Part shown: one piece after another, positions 1 through 12,732 of the stretch
Layout of the letters: each line of letters opens with the position of its first letter
How positions within the stretch are numbered: position 1 is the first letter of the stretch
Notes under the pieces: model-generated
What the model was told of the DNA's origin: nothing
What the model saw: the letters and a program-made list of their open reading frames with translations, nothing else
Databases searched by the model: none
Assembly (NCBI RefSeq): GCF_006345805.1
Contig: NC_043001.1
Location: 65,410,001-65,474,000 of the forward strand
Reading direction: 5' to 3'
DNA length: 64,000 bases
Source: Octopus sinensis
Taxonomy: Eukaryota
Made by a program: the position numbers and the translations under genes

Positions 1-464
1 TTATCCACCTTAGTCCTCTTATAGCTTCTCATGGAAATGTCGAATACAAGTTTTTATTCTTTTTAACCCTGTAAGAATGGTCATGATACAACAATGACTG
101 TTCATTACTATTCTAATATCTATTTTAACATCGTGGTCGCTGATCACTGAAATGGCACTGGGATTTTACTAGTACCATCACAACCTAAACATCTGGCGCT
201 ATATGAAGTAGCAGTCCTCAACATTTCATTATAAATCTGGTATATTCAATAGGAACGTAGCTTATAAGTAACCAATAAGGAACAAATTTTAAGCGGGATG
301 AGGTTAAGGCACTACTTATCAAAGACATCTGATCCATTAGATACGTACATTCGTGTCAAAGAAATTCTGAGTAATGGTCGGGTGAGTTGTTTATAATTTA
401 ACTACAAATATGTATTTTACATAAGGTGTTGAGTGTTCTTCCATTGAGACCGTATATATACACA

Positions 465-495
<31 letters not shown>

Positions 496-1912
496 AGAAT
501 ATCTTGGACTACTGTTGAGCTTAGAGTCCCACATTATCATCATTCAGTCTGCTTCCAGTAGAGTAGTTTGGTTACTACTACAATTAGTAATAACATACAA
601 AGCAAATATAAGAGAAATTATGATAACCATAATGTGCTCCCGAAAGTGATCGGCAAGGCGTCGATTTGTTTCCCCATGGTAAAGGGAACCGAAAAGTTTG
701 CTCAAGACACATTATATAAGGTTGGACGATATGTTACAAAGGTTCTGAGTTATATGATACTGTGACTTGGGCGTCAGCCGGTCGCCACCCGCTTCAATAC
801 AACAGGCAGTTCCATTACGCACTTATCAGTGTGCGGCATCAATGTACATTATGGATCCACATTCTAAGGGAAGTGGAGGAAACAAAGTTTCATGTTCTTA
901 GTACTTTAAACCCTTTATTATCCACCAACTTCCTTCTCACCTCACTCTTAACTTTGCCTATTTCTCCTCCTCATTCCATTCCCCTTTCATCTACCACTTA
1001 CATGATGTTTCTCTCTTCTACCACTCACACGCTGTTTCTCTCTTCTACCACCTCTTGTTCATGTATGAAATTCACGTGATTCTGCGTTCCTTATCAGTTG
1101 CAGCCACTTTTTAAGAATATAGATGTAAAACTCTGCTGGCTCTCATTAATTTGTTTCCATTCAACATATGTATATGTGAATGTCGTATATAAAATTGTAA
1201 GGCATAACATTTTAAATAAACATACAAAATAAAACCCAGTTATTTCACAGGTTCTTATCTTTCCGTAGGATTGACCTGATGAATTTTTAGCCTTGTTAGA
1301 CTTTCGTCAGTGAAAGAGTACCCATTTTTTGTCCAAAGAGTGATTCGTCTGCTTATAACTATAAATAGTGTAATCAAACTCGGACACAGCTAAACTGGTG
1401 CGATTGAATTACATAATAGTGTATACACTGACAACATTAATACAAGCAGATGAGTAGAAATCTGTTAGATAGAGCCTACTCATTCCGTCACGGCGAGATA
1501 AAGTTAGTAGTGTAATATTGTTTACTTTTCACAGTAAGACTGAAAATATGCCTATCGAGAAAAAAAGCTACCTTTCATTTCAAATTATACCAACAGCTGT
1601 GTAGTGTATTATTTCCCACGTACACACGGACGTACATACATACATACATACATACATACATACATACATACATACATACATACATCAATTGCATGAATAC
1701 CAAAAGAACAGGAGTTACGTAATCACTTTCCTTAGCTTACTTCTGTTTCAGCTATAAGAAGCTTGTTTTCAGAGCTGAGTACTTGTGCGACATCTTATGG
1801 CAAGAAAAGCTGTAGACTAATGAAAGTGATTACCTAACTCTTGTTCCTTTGTCAATTATTAATTGCTATCACGCACTATACTCACCTGATGGTTTAGTCT
1901 AAAGCATAAGTT

Positions 1913-2130
1913 TTGCCGAACGGGAACATAAACAAACGAACACCGGTTGTCAAGAGGTGGTGGAGACAAACAAAGGCACAAAGACACACAAATACATATG
2001 CACGCGCGCACACACACACGCACTTATTACATATGTCAGGCATCTTTCAGTTTCCGTCTACCAAATCCATTCGCAAGCCTAATACCAGAACCATGTGGTT
2101 GGGAAGCAAACGTTTACCACACAGCCACGC
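1913..2130 (-). mobile_element. tRNA-derived SINE family 1, partial
   Basis: Shares ctttcagtttccgtctaccaaatcca and ccacacagccac blocks with 2695-3067. Confidence 0.7.
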
Positions 2131-2694
2131 ATATGTCCACATGTGTACTGAGTGCTTAGCAATGAATATAGTGTGTGTGTGTGTGTAAATAATTGGTATG
2201 ACTCGGAATTTCGGGTGCAAACAACAATTTTACATTCACCGGATGAGTATGTTATGGATTTGATTTCCCTGTGAAATTATGATTTCACATGCGACTCTGA
2301 GTCATATCAATCGTTTGTTAGCATAAACATCATTAATCTCTCTCTCTATCTACCCATCACCATCAACTCTCTATGTACATAAATATATATATATATATAT
2401 ATATACGTATGTGTGTGTGTATGTATATATATATATAAATATATATATGAAGTGTGTTTTGTCTTGGAGATTTTTATGGTAGTTGAAAAGACATTAGCGT
2501 CTATTTTGGCGAGGCACTTAGCTGACCCCTGATTATAATTATGTATATAATTATAGAATATTTTGTATAATTTACCTAAAAAGGTATTTTAATGTATTGA
2601 CTACTTGGTAAAATGATTAATTAATTAATTAATTTTACTCTATATTATATTATATTATATTATATTATATTATATTATATATATACTTTATTTT

Positions 2695-3067
2695 TATTTG
2701 TTTCAGTCATATGACAGCTGCCATGCTGGAGCACCGCCTTTAGTCGAACAAATCGGCCCAAGGACTTATTTTTGTAAGTCTAGTACTTATCCTATCAGTT
2801 TTTTGCTGAACCGCTAAGTTACAGGGACGTAAACACACCAACGTCGGTTGTCAATCAATGGTGGGAGACAAACACACACACACACACACACACTCGTATA
2901 TTTATGACGGGATTCTTTCAGTTTCCGCCTACCAAATCCACTTACAAGGCTTTGGTCGGCCCGAGGCTATAGTAGAGACACTTGCTGAAGGTGCCACGCA
3001 GTGGGACTGAACCCAGAATCCTGTGGTTGGTAAGCAAACTACTTACCACACAGCCACTCCTGCGCCT
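2695..3067 (-). mobile_element. tRNA-derived SINE family 1, near full length, internal (CA)n
   Basis: Minus strand begins ggcgcaggagTGGCTGTGTGGTaag (A-box-like) and GGTTCAGTCCC (B-box-like); related pieces at ~39875-40015, 56555-56705, 14865-14910, 18578-18615. Confidence 0.8.
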
Positions 3068-3379
3068 AAATAATGAATAGATATGGCTTTTTTGAGGGGA
3101 TAATTCTCATTTTAATCTTAATAATAATGTTTAGAGTGAGTTAGTTTCAAGTTTCTCGCAGCCGTTTTCAAACTCTTTTCTTTATTAACCATTACGGTCA
3201 AGATACAGAGTGGACGAAACAAGGACAGACAAGGGGTCGTGGAACGAATGAAACAACATCATGAATATATATATAATTGAAAAACGATGATGAATGTGTA
3301 TGAATATTAGATGAATAAACAATTATGAAGTGCGGGACGTGGCCGATACCACAAACCATATTCCAATACTGAATTTCTT

Positions 3380-4990
3380 GCTGGAAACTTTAAATTCTCG
3401 CTTAAACAGGTTCATTCACTCTCAACACACTTGCTACAGTCTTACAACTTTTCCAAAATATTCCGTGCGACAGGCATCTCTTCTCCAGCCTTATTTTTCT
3501 TTTCATGTGGAAAAGAAAAAAGTTAACCAATCCCAGGCTGGAGATAAAAATGCCTGTCGCGATCCCTTTCACTCTCGTCTTCCACACTACCTCCTTTGCG
3601 GTAGCTACTACACAGAGGAAACAAGCCTGCTCTTCTCTATTGAGGGAAGACGGCGTAACAATCTTAATTATAGACTCAATTGACAGATGTACTCTTCTCA
3701 GATGTGACAACAGTTGTCGAACATAAACTCAAAGTTCCGCAATCTTCAGACATTACACGATTGCGTGCAGGACAGTTTAACTGTTCTGTTCGCATTTTGG
3801 ACGAGTTGGTGTGGATGAAGAACCATGCCTGAAGAGTTTGTCCCGAACAGGTAAGGCACCTCGGTAACATTGCCATGTCAGGAAATTATCCAAAGGTCCT
3901 GGTCAGAATGTTCTCTGGTACAGGCTGGCGAGTTCACCGTCGTCGAAGCCTAGTGTTTCTCGTCGGGCGTCGTCACACTTAAACTCTACTAACACTCTAT
4001 TAAAGGACGAGGTGGAACCCCGTCGCTTGCGCTGCCTGCCTGGGAGAGAAGCACGAGTGCCTGACGACACTCTGCCTGCCAAACTCCCAACTTCGGTCTA
4101 CGCTTAATCTATGGGTCCAGTTCAGTAAAAGAGGTGAACCGTGGAAATAACAGTCTGACGAACGAAGACCTACCGGCTCACCGTCCACGTAGAGCCAGAG
4201 GTACCTCAGCCTCAGCGCATGCCTGCGTATTTTTAGCCATGACATCCCCAGCCACCCTTCAGCAGTTGTTGGCAGCAGATAGAGCGCCTTACAAGAGGAC
4301 CCCTGTCCCTCCACAAAAAACGGAATAGCAAGCATTCCATCTTGTTCAGCCACGAATCTGGGCAAGGTACGACGGTCAGGTAGCAGGTAATTACAGATGC
4401 GATGAACACACCTGCAACCTCCGTCCTCCCTTTCAGGGATAGCTTCGCTCAGACCAGTTCTGGGTGAGGAGAGCAACCCTGATCGCCACCTCATTTTAGT
4501 TCTTCTCTATCTGGAGGTCTGGACCAAAGCAGACCCCTATCATTTTTACCGGTTCGTCTGTCCAACGTCCACGATGCTGTTGAGCGGCATCGACTTGCCC
4601 CTCCAGGTGGCGAGCTACAAGTCGACCGATTTACCCGGTTAATTTTTGCTCCTGCCACTGCTTCGTAATCCCTTATGGACTCACCTACCCACTGTAGGTG
4701 TTCGACGCGGGATACGATGACGGTGATGTCCTCCGCATACGCCGAAATCGATTTTCCGAACCTTAGATCTCGTGGGGTGCCTCTCATAGCCTCCAACTTC
4801 CGCAGAAATTGCTCGAGGGTAAAACATAGAGAAGAAGAGAGAGAGAGGACACTCTTGTACCGATCGCTCAATGCAGAACGGTTCCGAAAAGAAACCGTTC
4901 ATCCGCACTACCAATTCGATTTTGCTATATAAAGCGGTGATCCAACCACGGTAGGTCGGGCCAAACCCGGCCGCTGCAAGGGACGCCGCC
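3380..4990 (-). mobile_element. Degenerate L1/Tx1-clade non-LTR retrotransposon ORF2 fragment
   Basis: Frameshifted pieces: VRMNGFFSEPF..ERSV.ECPLS (GCPLSP-like), SAYAEDITV (YADD), YEAVAGAKINR, Cys knuckle-like PRCLTC, C-terminal FLCVVATAKEVVW. Confidence 0.75.
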
Positions 4991-5884
4991 AGATATTATT
5001 AACTTTTTAAAATTTAAACTATATTTTAATTTTAGCTTATATAATAGAGCTCAATTCGAGGAATTTCATGGTATCAATTTCATTCAATGAAGTTTTAAAA
5101 GAAAAAGTTATGAGTGTTTTTTTTTTCTCAATTTGAGGGTGATAATATAGTTCTCTACTTTTTAATGAATATATTTCTATAGAAGGACTTTTAACATATG
5201 TCACCGGTGTCATTGAGGTAAGGAGAAAATTATTAACGACACCGCTAATTAGCATAATAGCATAACCTGGAAAAACATGGATTACATGGAAAAATGCGAA
5301 GAAGGGAAATAATATTCTTAAGATTATAAACCTGGAAAATTACAGAACAAGTTATTACACTTGGAAAAGTTCAGGACAACTTATTACATCTGGTAATACA
5401 ACAAGAAAATTTCTACTTAAAATATTGCAGCTAAGGATAAAATTTGAATATTAAAAATTATGTACTAAAAATAATTTATAAAGTAACATTATAATTAAAA
5501 AAGGTGCCATCATTTTGCTGAAATATCGATTCACTAGAATAAATGAGAGCGAGAAGTACCAATATAGCTAAAGTTTTATGCAAAGTTGAATAGTATATAT
5601 GGTAGTCAAATTCATTACGTAAAAAAATAGACATTGGGTCAAGACTAAAAATGTGAAGACTTGGATATAACTCAAGCAAATTTTACTATGTATTTGTTGT
5701 TATAGGTAGATTTTACTGTAATATATAACTAATTTTTGTATTATTCTATTTGTTGTACTAATTATGTACTACTATTATTTTTTATAACCTATTTTCAAAT
5801 TTCTAATTATTAATTAATAATTAAAAAATGAATTTTTTTAAAGTGCAAAAGATATTAACAAATAGAAGTGATAACTTTTAATGA

Positions 5885-7827
5885 AATTTTGGTTAATATA
5901 GGGCGTAACAAATATCAGAAAATCAAAAAAAAAATGTGTGTAATAGGTGTAAAACAACTTCCTATGAACGAATATGAAAAAAAAAATTCGCGCACGCGAA
6001 AGGGGGATGGGGGAGAGGCCTCGGAAAATTCACATCGGGAAGTTCCGAAAGCGTCTGAGGAGCTGACCCGGGCACCAAAACAAAAAAAAAAATAGTGTAA
6101 TATGTGTAAAACAACTTGCTCTAAACGAATATGCCAAAAAAAATGCGCTCTCGAGAAAGAGGGGTGGGGGAGAGGCCTCGGAATATTTATATCGGGAATT
6201 TCCGAAAGCGTCTGAACCGGGCACAAAAACAAAAACAAAAACAGCGTAATAGGTGTAAAACAACTTGCTCTAAACGACTATCATGAAAAAAATGCGCGCT
6301 CGCGAAAGGGGGGTGGGGGAGAGGCTTCGGAAATTTCCCATCTTCAGTCCACGGCCTTTAAACTAAGAAAAAATAGTGTAATTGGTGTAAAACTACTTGT
6401 TCTAAACGAGTATCAAGAACACACACTCACACATGAATCATAAACTCCGTATTTCGCAAAAAAAAAAAAATAAAGAGAAGAAATTCTGGAAAAAGTGAAG
6501 AAATGTTGGATCTCATTCCTTGGTTAAAGCTATTTTAAACATTAAATTTATGCTTTTCTTTGAAATAGTTCAGATATATGCAATTCTTCTCACTTATTAA
6601 GATGCATTTATCAGAAAAAAAGAGACAGAAAAAATTATTATTTTGTGTCAATCCTTCCCTAATTATCCTTTATTAATTAGTTTTGGCGTGTATTTTTTTC
6701 CCAAATTTATTTTTTCACCTTTACAACACTGTTTAGTAAAGCAATTAATTATCTTTATAATTTGCATATTTGACTTATTAATCAAAATTCTCTAGATGTA
6801 ATATATACTAAGTAATGCATCCTTCATTTATGTGTTCCGTTCTGTATTATGCATGCGTGACTGTTTGTATGTAAGTGTGTTTAACTGTGCACATGAATGT
6901 GAATATTAAAGAACATATTTATTTACTATGATTGTTATTTTCAGAACAAATAAATCTTTTGGCTGTTATGTTATTGATGTTATTATTATTGCTAGTTAAA
7001 GGGTGGTGACTTGGCTGAATATTTTGAGTCTTGTAGTATGTAGTTGTGTTAGTCAATATTCTGAGTTCAAATCCAACTCATTTCTTTATCATCATTATCG
7101 ATGGACCACTCAAAGAGGTATGTATACATTATCATTTTCGTAACATAATTTCTGTAGTATTTCAAGATGTTTCTGACACGTATTTTGATTCACATGGCGG
7201 AGATCCAACATTTCTTCACTTTTTCCAGAATTTCTTCTCTTTATTATTTTTTTTTGCGAAATACGGAGTTTATGATTCATGTGTGAGTGTGTGTTCTTGA
7301 TAATCGTTTAGAACAAGTAGTTTTACACCAATTACACTATTTTTTCTTAGTTTAAAGGCCGTGGACTGAAGATGGGAAATTTCCGAAGCCTCTCCCCCAC
7401 CCCCCTTTCGCGAGCGCGCATTTTTTTCATGATAGTCGTTTAGAGCAAGTTGTTTTATACCTATTACGCTGTTTTTGTTTTTGTTTTTGTGCCCGGTTCA
7501 GACGCTTTCGGAAATTCCCGATATAAATATTCCGAGGCCTCTCCCCCACCCCTCTTTCTCGAGAGCGCATTTTTTTTTTCATATTCGTTTAGAGCAAGTT
7601 GTTTTACACATATTACACTATTTTTTTTTTGTTTTGGTGCCCGGGTCAGCCCCTCAGACGCTTTCGGAACTTCCCGATGTGAATTTTCCGAGGCCTCTCC
7701 CCCACCCCCCTTTCGCGTGCGCGAATTTTTTTTTCATATTCGTTCATAGGAAGTTGTTTTACACCTATTACACACATTTTTTTTTTGATTTTCTGATATT
7801 TGTTACGCCCTATATTAACCGAAATTT
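5885..7827. repeat. Long inverted repeat, ~630-bp arms (5885-6514 / 7199-7827) built of ~130-157-bp subunits; fold-back element
   Basis: Same peptides appear on opposite strands (ORFs 5915..6238- and 7475..7831+); arms nearly identical with scattered substitutions. Confidence 0.9.
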
Positions 7828-8012
7828 TTAGTTTTAACAAAAGCTAATATTTTCTAAATCTAAAGATTTTATTTGAAATTTTATCCTTGTTCTGTACTTT
7901 ACCAGATATAATAAGCTGTCCTGAACTTTTCCAATTTATATATTGTACGACACAAATAAAATGATATTTTTCGAACGCTAAGTTGCTGTTAGAACAGCAG
8001 AAATACTAGAAA

Positions 8013-8440
8013 AAATTACCCTTACAAGGCAGAAAAGCTTGTCAACAACCAGTCATGAGACTCGAACTCATATCCCTCTAAGATTGCAGCTGAAGGCTTT
8101 AACATTAAGCTAAACTACCGGCTTATAAATCCATTCTCCGAATTAGACGTAAATACTTTAGCTTTAGAAAGGTGTAATGTAAGATACAAATAAGAAAATA
8201 CTTTTTCGAACGCAAAGTTGCCGTTAGAGCTTCTAATAAAAAACAAATATTTGTTTGCTTACATTTATACACACATGGTGGTTTTATAAAGCTAAAGTAA
8301 ATAGCGTCTAATTCGGTGGATGAATTTGTCAGCAGGCAGTTTACCTCATTGGTAAAACACTCAGTCGGAGATTTTGAGCGATATGGGCTCGAGCTCCATG
8401 GCTGGTTGTTGACAAATTTTCCCGCCTTCTAAGGGTAATT
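8013..8440. repeat. Diverged inverted pair (~8013-8166 / 8287-8440) of a tRNA-head-like repeat
   Basis: aaattaccctt..ttgtcaacaaccag..gaattagacg..actttagcttta is mirrored by taaagctaaagt..cgtctaattc..ctggttgttgacaa..aagggtaattt. Confidence 0.7.
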
Positions 8441-8449
8441 TACCCAAAC

Positions 8450-9193
8450 AGTTTTAAATCTCTGAGCGAGAAATGTGTAGTAACAGTATCTTACTGTAAA
8501 GTCTATTTACCAACGCAACGTGGCAGCCCAACGCAGGATGATGTTACTACTTTTTAAGCTCAGGAAAACATCTTTTCTAGCTGGCTTCCGACACATGATC
8601 TGTGTCCGTATACTGTGAGCAAGGGAGTCTACCGCCCTCTTTCCAGCCGTAGCGATACCTGCAGACCAATGGTTTCTGGGCAATTTCAGGTATCACTGCG
8701 GCTAGAAAGTGGGCGGTAGACTCCCTTGCTTACTGTATATGGACACAGATCATGTGTCGGTAGCCATCTTGAAAAAATGTTTAACTGGGGCTAAAAAGTA
8801 GTTACATCGTCCTGCGTAGGACTGCCACATTGCGTTGGCAAATAGACTGTACTGTAAGGTACTGTTAATACACATCCACTCAGAGATTTAAAACTAGTTG
8901 CTCTCTTTACAAGATCAGCGGCTGTGTGTCGCTTTAAAAGTATATACTGTGAGCAAAGCGAGTGACCGCTATCTCTAGCCGGCTGTTGTCTTGTATCGAG
9001 GAAGGAAAATTACCCAGAAAGCATTGGTCTACAGGTATCGTTACGGCTAGAAAGAGGGCTGTAGACTCCCTTGCTCACAGTATACGGACACATATCATAT
9101 ATCGGTAGACAACTGGAAAGATGTTTTCCTGGGGCTAAAAATTAGTAACGTCGTCCTGCGTAGGACTGCTACGTTGCGTTGGTAAATAGACTT

Positions 9194-9196
<3 letters not shown>
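8450..9196. repeat. ~210-bp unit in alternating orientation (8450-8660 +, 8688-8895 -, partial ~8941-8980 +, 9006-9196 -); MITE-like fold-back
   Basis: gacacatgatctgtgtcc and gagcaagggagtctac mirrored by ggacacagatcatgtgtc and gtagactcccttgct. Confidence 0.8.
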
Positions 9197-9243
<47 letters not shown>

Positions 9244-9251
9244 TTTGTTCT

Positions 9252-9452
9252 TTTCTACTCTAGGCACAAGGCCCCAAATTTTCGGGGAGGGGGCAGTCGA
9301 TTAGATCGACCCCAGTACGCAACTGGTACTTAATTTATCGACCCCGAAAGGATGAAAGGCAAAGTCGACCTCGGCGGAAATTGAACTCAGAAAGTTAAGA
9401 CAGACGAAATACTTTTAAGCATTTCGCCCGGCGTGCTAACGTTTCTGCCAGC
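9252..9452 (-). mobile_element. SINE family 2 (conserved central domain ggtacttaatttatcgaccccgaaaggatgaaaggcaaagtcgacc)
   Basis: Same block recurs at ~10855-11050, 23038-23175, 33305-33497, 34130-34232, 34275-34425, 45775-45980; core recalls the Deu/Nin-type SINE domain (from memory, unverified). Confidence 0.8.
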
Positions 9453-9512
9453 CTTATATATACATACTTTATATAGCCTTATATATATATACTCTCTATA
9501 TATACTTTATAC

Positions 9513-9620
9513 ATAAAGCTGCAAAGACATCGCAAAAACTGTTACTCAGAGTTTCACGTTCCCGTTAGTCAGAACGTGAAACTCTGAGTAACAGTTTTGT
9601 GATGTCTTTGCAGCTTTATT
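9513..9620. repeat. ~48-bp-arm palindrome containing a degenerate minimal hammerhead (Penelope-like remnant)
   Basis: ataaagctgcaaagacatcgcaaaaactgttactcagagtttcacgttc / gaacgtgaaactctgagtaacagttttgtgatgtctttgcagctttat; minus strand reads CTGACTA-acg ggaa cgt-GAAA-ctctgag-TA. Confidence 0.7.
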
Positions 9621-12600
9621 AATGAAGTATATTACTCTACCACCGGTATTCGAGTACTATTTTTTTCCACGCGATCATTTCTTTTTATCTAAATTTCTAT
9701 AAATTAGTTTATTGCCATATTACATTTGCTTTTTCTTTTCGTTAATGCCACATCCTATTTCGTCTTGCTTAGAAGCAGCTAATCGGACTTGCTTAAGGTG
9801 TTTGCGATGAACTCTTCTATTCATCCCCAACCCCCTGTTCTTGACAGGATACTTCAATTCTGGTCCTTTTCTACTGTTACTTCATTGGATATTTCTGATT
9901 TGGTAAATATGTGTGAAGGACGTCCGTGCTTCGGGCACATTTCACGGACAAGCTGCAAGTTTCATACACAAATCTTTTTTCTCTGAACAGTTGAATTCTG
10001 AGATAAACACTGCCTTATTGTATTTCTGTAGAATATGATCTTGATCTTTTGAAAGTTCGGGTTAGCAATTGCCTTGCTTAACATGGGATTTCCTTCATTT
10101 TCATATGTATCTCACCAGTTCTCTCATTACCAACTCATTTGATAAATTCCTTTATTGTTACCTCATTTACCGTATTCTGTGCCACCAGTTCTTTTTATCT
10201 AAATTTCTATAAATTATTTTATTGCCATATTACATTTGCGTTTTTCTCTTCATTAATGTCACATCCTATTGTTTAGAAGTAGCTAATCGGACTTGCTTAA
10301 GGTGGCTTCGAGGAAGCACAAGAAAAAAAAAAATGAATTTGACCCAATTACTGCCCTAGTAAAAAAAAGAAAAAAACAAAATTTACTGTACATGCTGGTA
10401 GCGAATTAAACATTGGAAAAATTTCAATTTCAATCAAGAGTTTGAAAGAGGTTCGCCAAGCCTGCCATATTGAAGTAAAAAAAAAAAAGTATGATTTTGA
10501 AGCAGAAAGATACATTTCAATGCACACGTGAAGGCCATTGGCGAAATTGTATATCCCTATAAAAGAAATTGTTTATGACATGAATATATGGAGAGGGAAA
10601 TAGCTGAATGAACAATAAGAAGGCGAGAAAAAATATTAAGACACAATTCACTGATTAATACTTCTAGCTTTAGCTGCAAGGACATACAAATCATAGTAAT
10701 TGAAGAATGAATTTTGAACTGGTAGAAATTTGGCGAACAGAAGTAAAAATTTTGAAATCTGGGTGATTGTTAAAACCAACAGAAAAGAATTATACTTGAC
10801 AAGATTCAAAGTGCAGCAAATAGTGAAGTTTTCAAGTGATAAAAATCCATTGGTCTCAAAATTTGGCTTAAGGCAAGCAATTTCGTGGGAGGCGGTTAGG
10901 CAATTGTATTTACTCGAATGCTCAACTGGTACTTATTTTATCGACCCTGAAAGGATAAAAGGTAAAGTCGGCTCCGGCAGCATATGAACTCAAAACAAAC
11001 TCAAAAGAAATGCCGCTAAGCATTTTTCCCGGAGTGGTATCGATTTTGCCAGTACGCCTCCTTAAAGTGATAGAAATATATAACCAGGAACATATAAAAG
11101 TTAAGGAATGTTGGCGATGTAAGTGGTTATTAATACCTATAAATTCCATCTATATAGTGAAAATTGTGAATGTAAAAATAGTCGAATAGGAAGATAACGA
11201 AAGCCATAACATCATCGAAAGACTCGGAAGATTATATATTTGGGATTTGTTGTATGGCAAATTCGGTACGATGCTGCTGTTAGTGACTATTACTTCTGGA
11301 CTATTACCTCTTAGAACTTTATTAGAAACTTTGTTTTTAAAACAGGAAGCACAAGGAACATGTAATGACTCAGATTACGTATTCTCGTCTCATCATGGAT
11401 CCCCATTCATCTCTTCTGATACAAGCAAGTTGCTATCTCTAGTTACGAAATAGATGAAAACATGCGGCTGAGCCAGTTCATCACAGATTGTTCGGTGATT
11501 TTAGGGAAAGAATTAACCCCTATGTAAAACACAGAATCACAGTATAAGCAGTCATTGATGGAATATTGGAAACGTTCAGTCCTGATCAAGTGATAGATTT
11601 ACAGAGAAGAAAATTTCTGATTTTTATGGGAAGAAGAGCTTATTTTGATATGGAGCTATCGTTTATTCAAATTACATCCAAGTGGAAAGAGCGCTGGCAG
11701 AAGCTCCAAATTTGTATTTCTTTTAGAAATCAGATATTAATTGGTGATAGCAATTTGATTAACTGTTTAGATATCGTTTGAAACTATCTGCATGAGGTTT
11801 AAATCTAGTAACAGACACATTCACCAGTTATACTGCTTAATTAGATAAACACTGCCACAAAACTGCATATTCTGTATACCTGATACAGGAAGTTACAAAA
11901 ATGTATAGACTGGAGATCTTAATTTTATCTACCCCGCATACACATTAATACAGGAAGAAAAAAGTACAACTGATGAGAATTTAAATCTGATTGGGCACGA
12001 ATACTAGTACATAGTGGGGTGGGGTATATAGTCAAAAATACATCAACCCTGTCAATATTTTGAATACCGACAGAAAGTTATGCATGAGTACATGTTCCAC
12101 AGGTTAAAGAATGCTTGCAACATTAATAGAAATAGTAATTACTCCTGGACATGTGAAAAATATAGATGAGATACAATAAAAGCATAATCTACTACAGGAG
12201 TAGGTTATGCCGTTTTTACCTCTGAGAAGCTATTGTATATCTGATCAATAAGAGACATATTTCATTTCAAATATACATCGCGGCACTGGATTGATAGAAT
12301 CGTTGGCATGACAAATAAAATTAATTTCAGTGTTTAGCAGCAGTCCTAACTTTCTCAGTTCAAAATACTACCTAAGTCAACTTTGAATTTCATCTTTTTA
12401 GGATCGATACAAGAATTGATATTAATTCATTTAGCTGCATCCTAGCCCGTCCAATATTTATAAGCAATTTTACGCATGAAAATAAACAGAAATATAGTCA
12501 TGTAGCAGATAATTAATTTTTAACCCCTTAAATGATCATCAAATAAACTTGGGAAACATCAATATGAATAAGGCGTGCACAGGAAGGAGCCGCTACATGT

Positions 12601-12658
12601 TTGTTTAAGTCTGTTAGAAATGGTAGCAAATTCTACATGTACACACGTATATACATAG

Positions 12659-12723
<65 letters not shown>

Positions 12724-12732
<9 letters not shown>

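Noticed and set aside
5942-6420. Repeat-spacer pattern resembling a CRISPR array
   Set aside because: Whole 130-157 bp units are homologous (no unique spacers), eukaryotic context, no cas genes
8335-8407. tRNA-like sequence
   Set aside because: A/B-box-like remnants but no consistent cloverleaf; better explained as a SINE-like head
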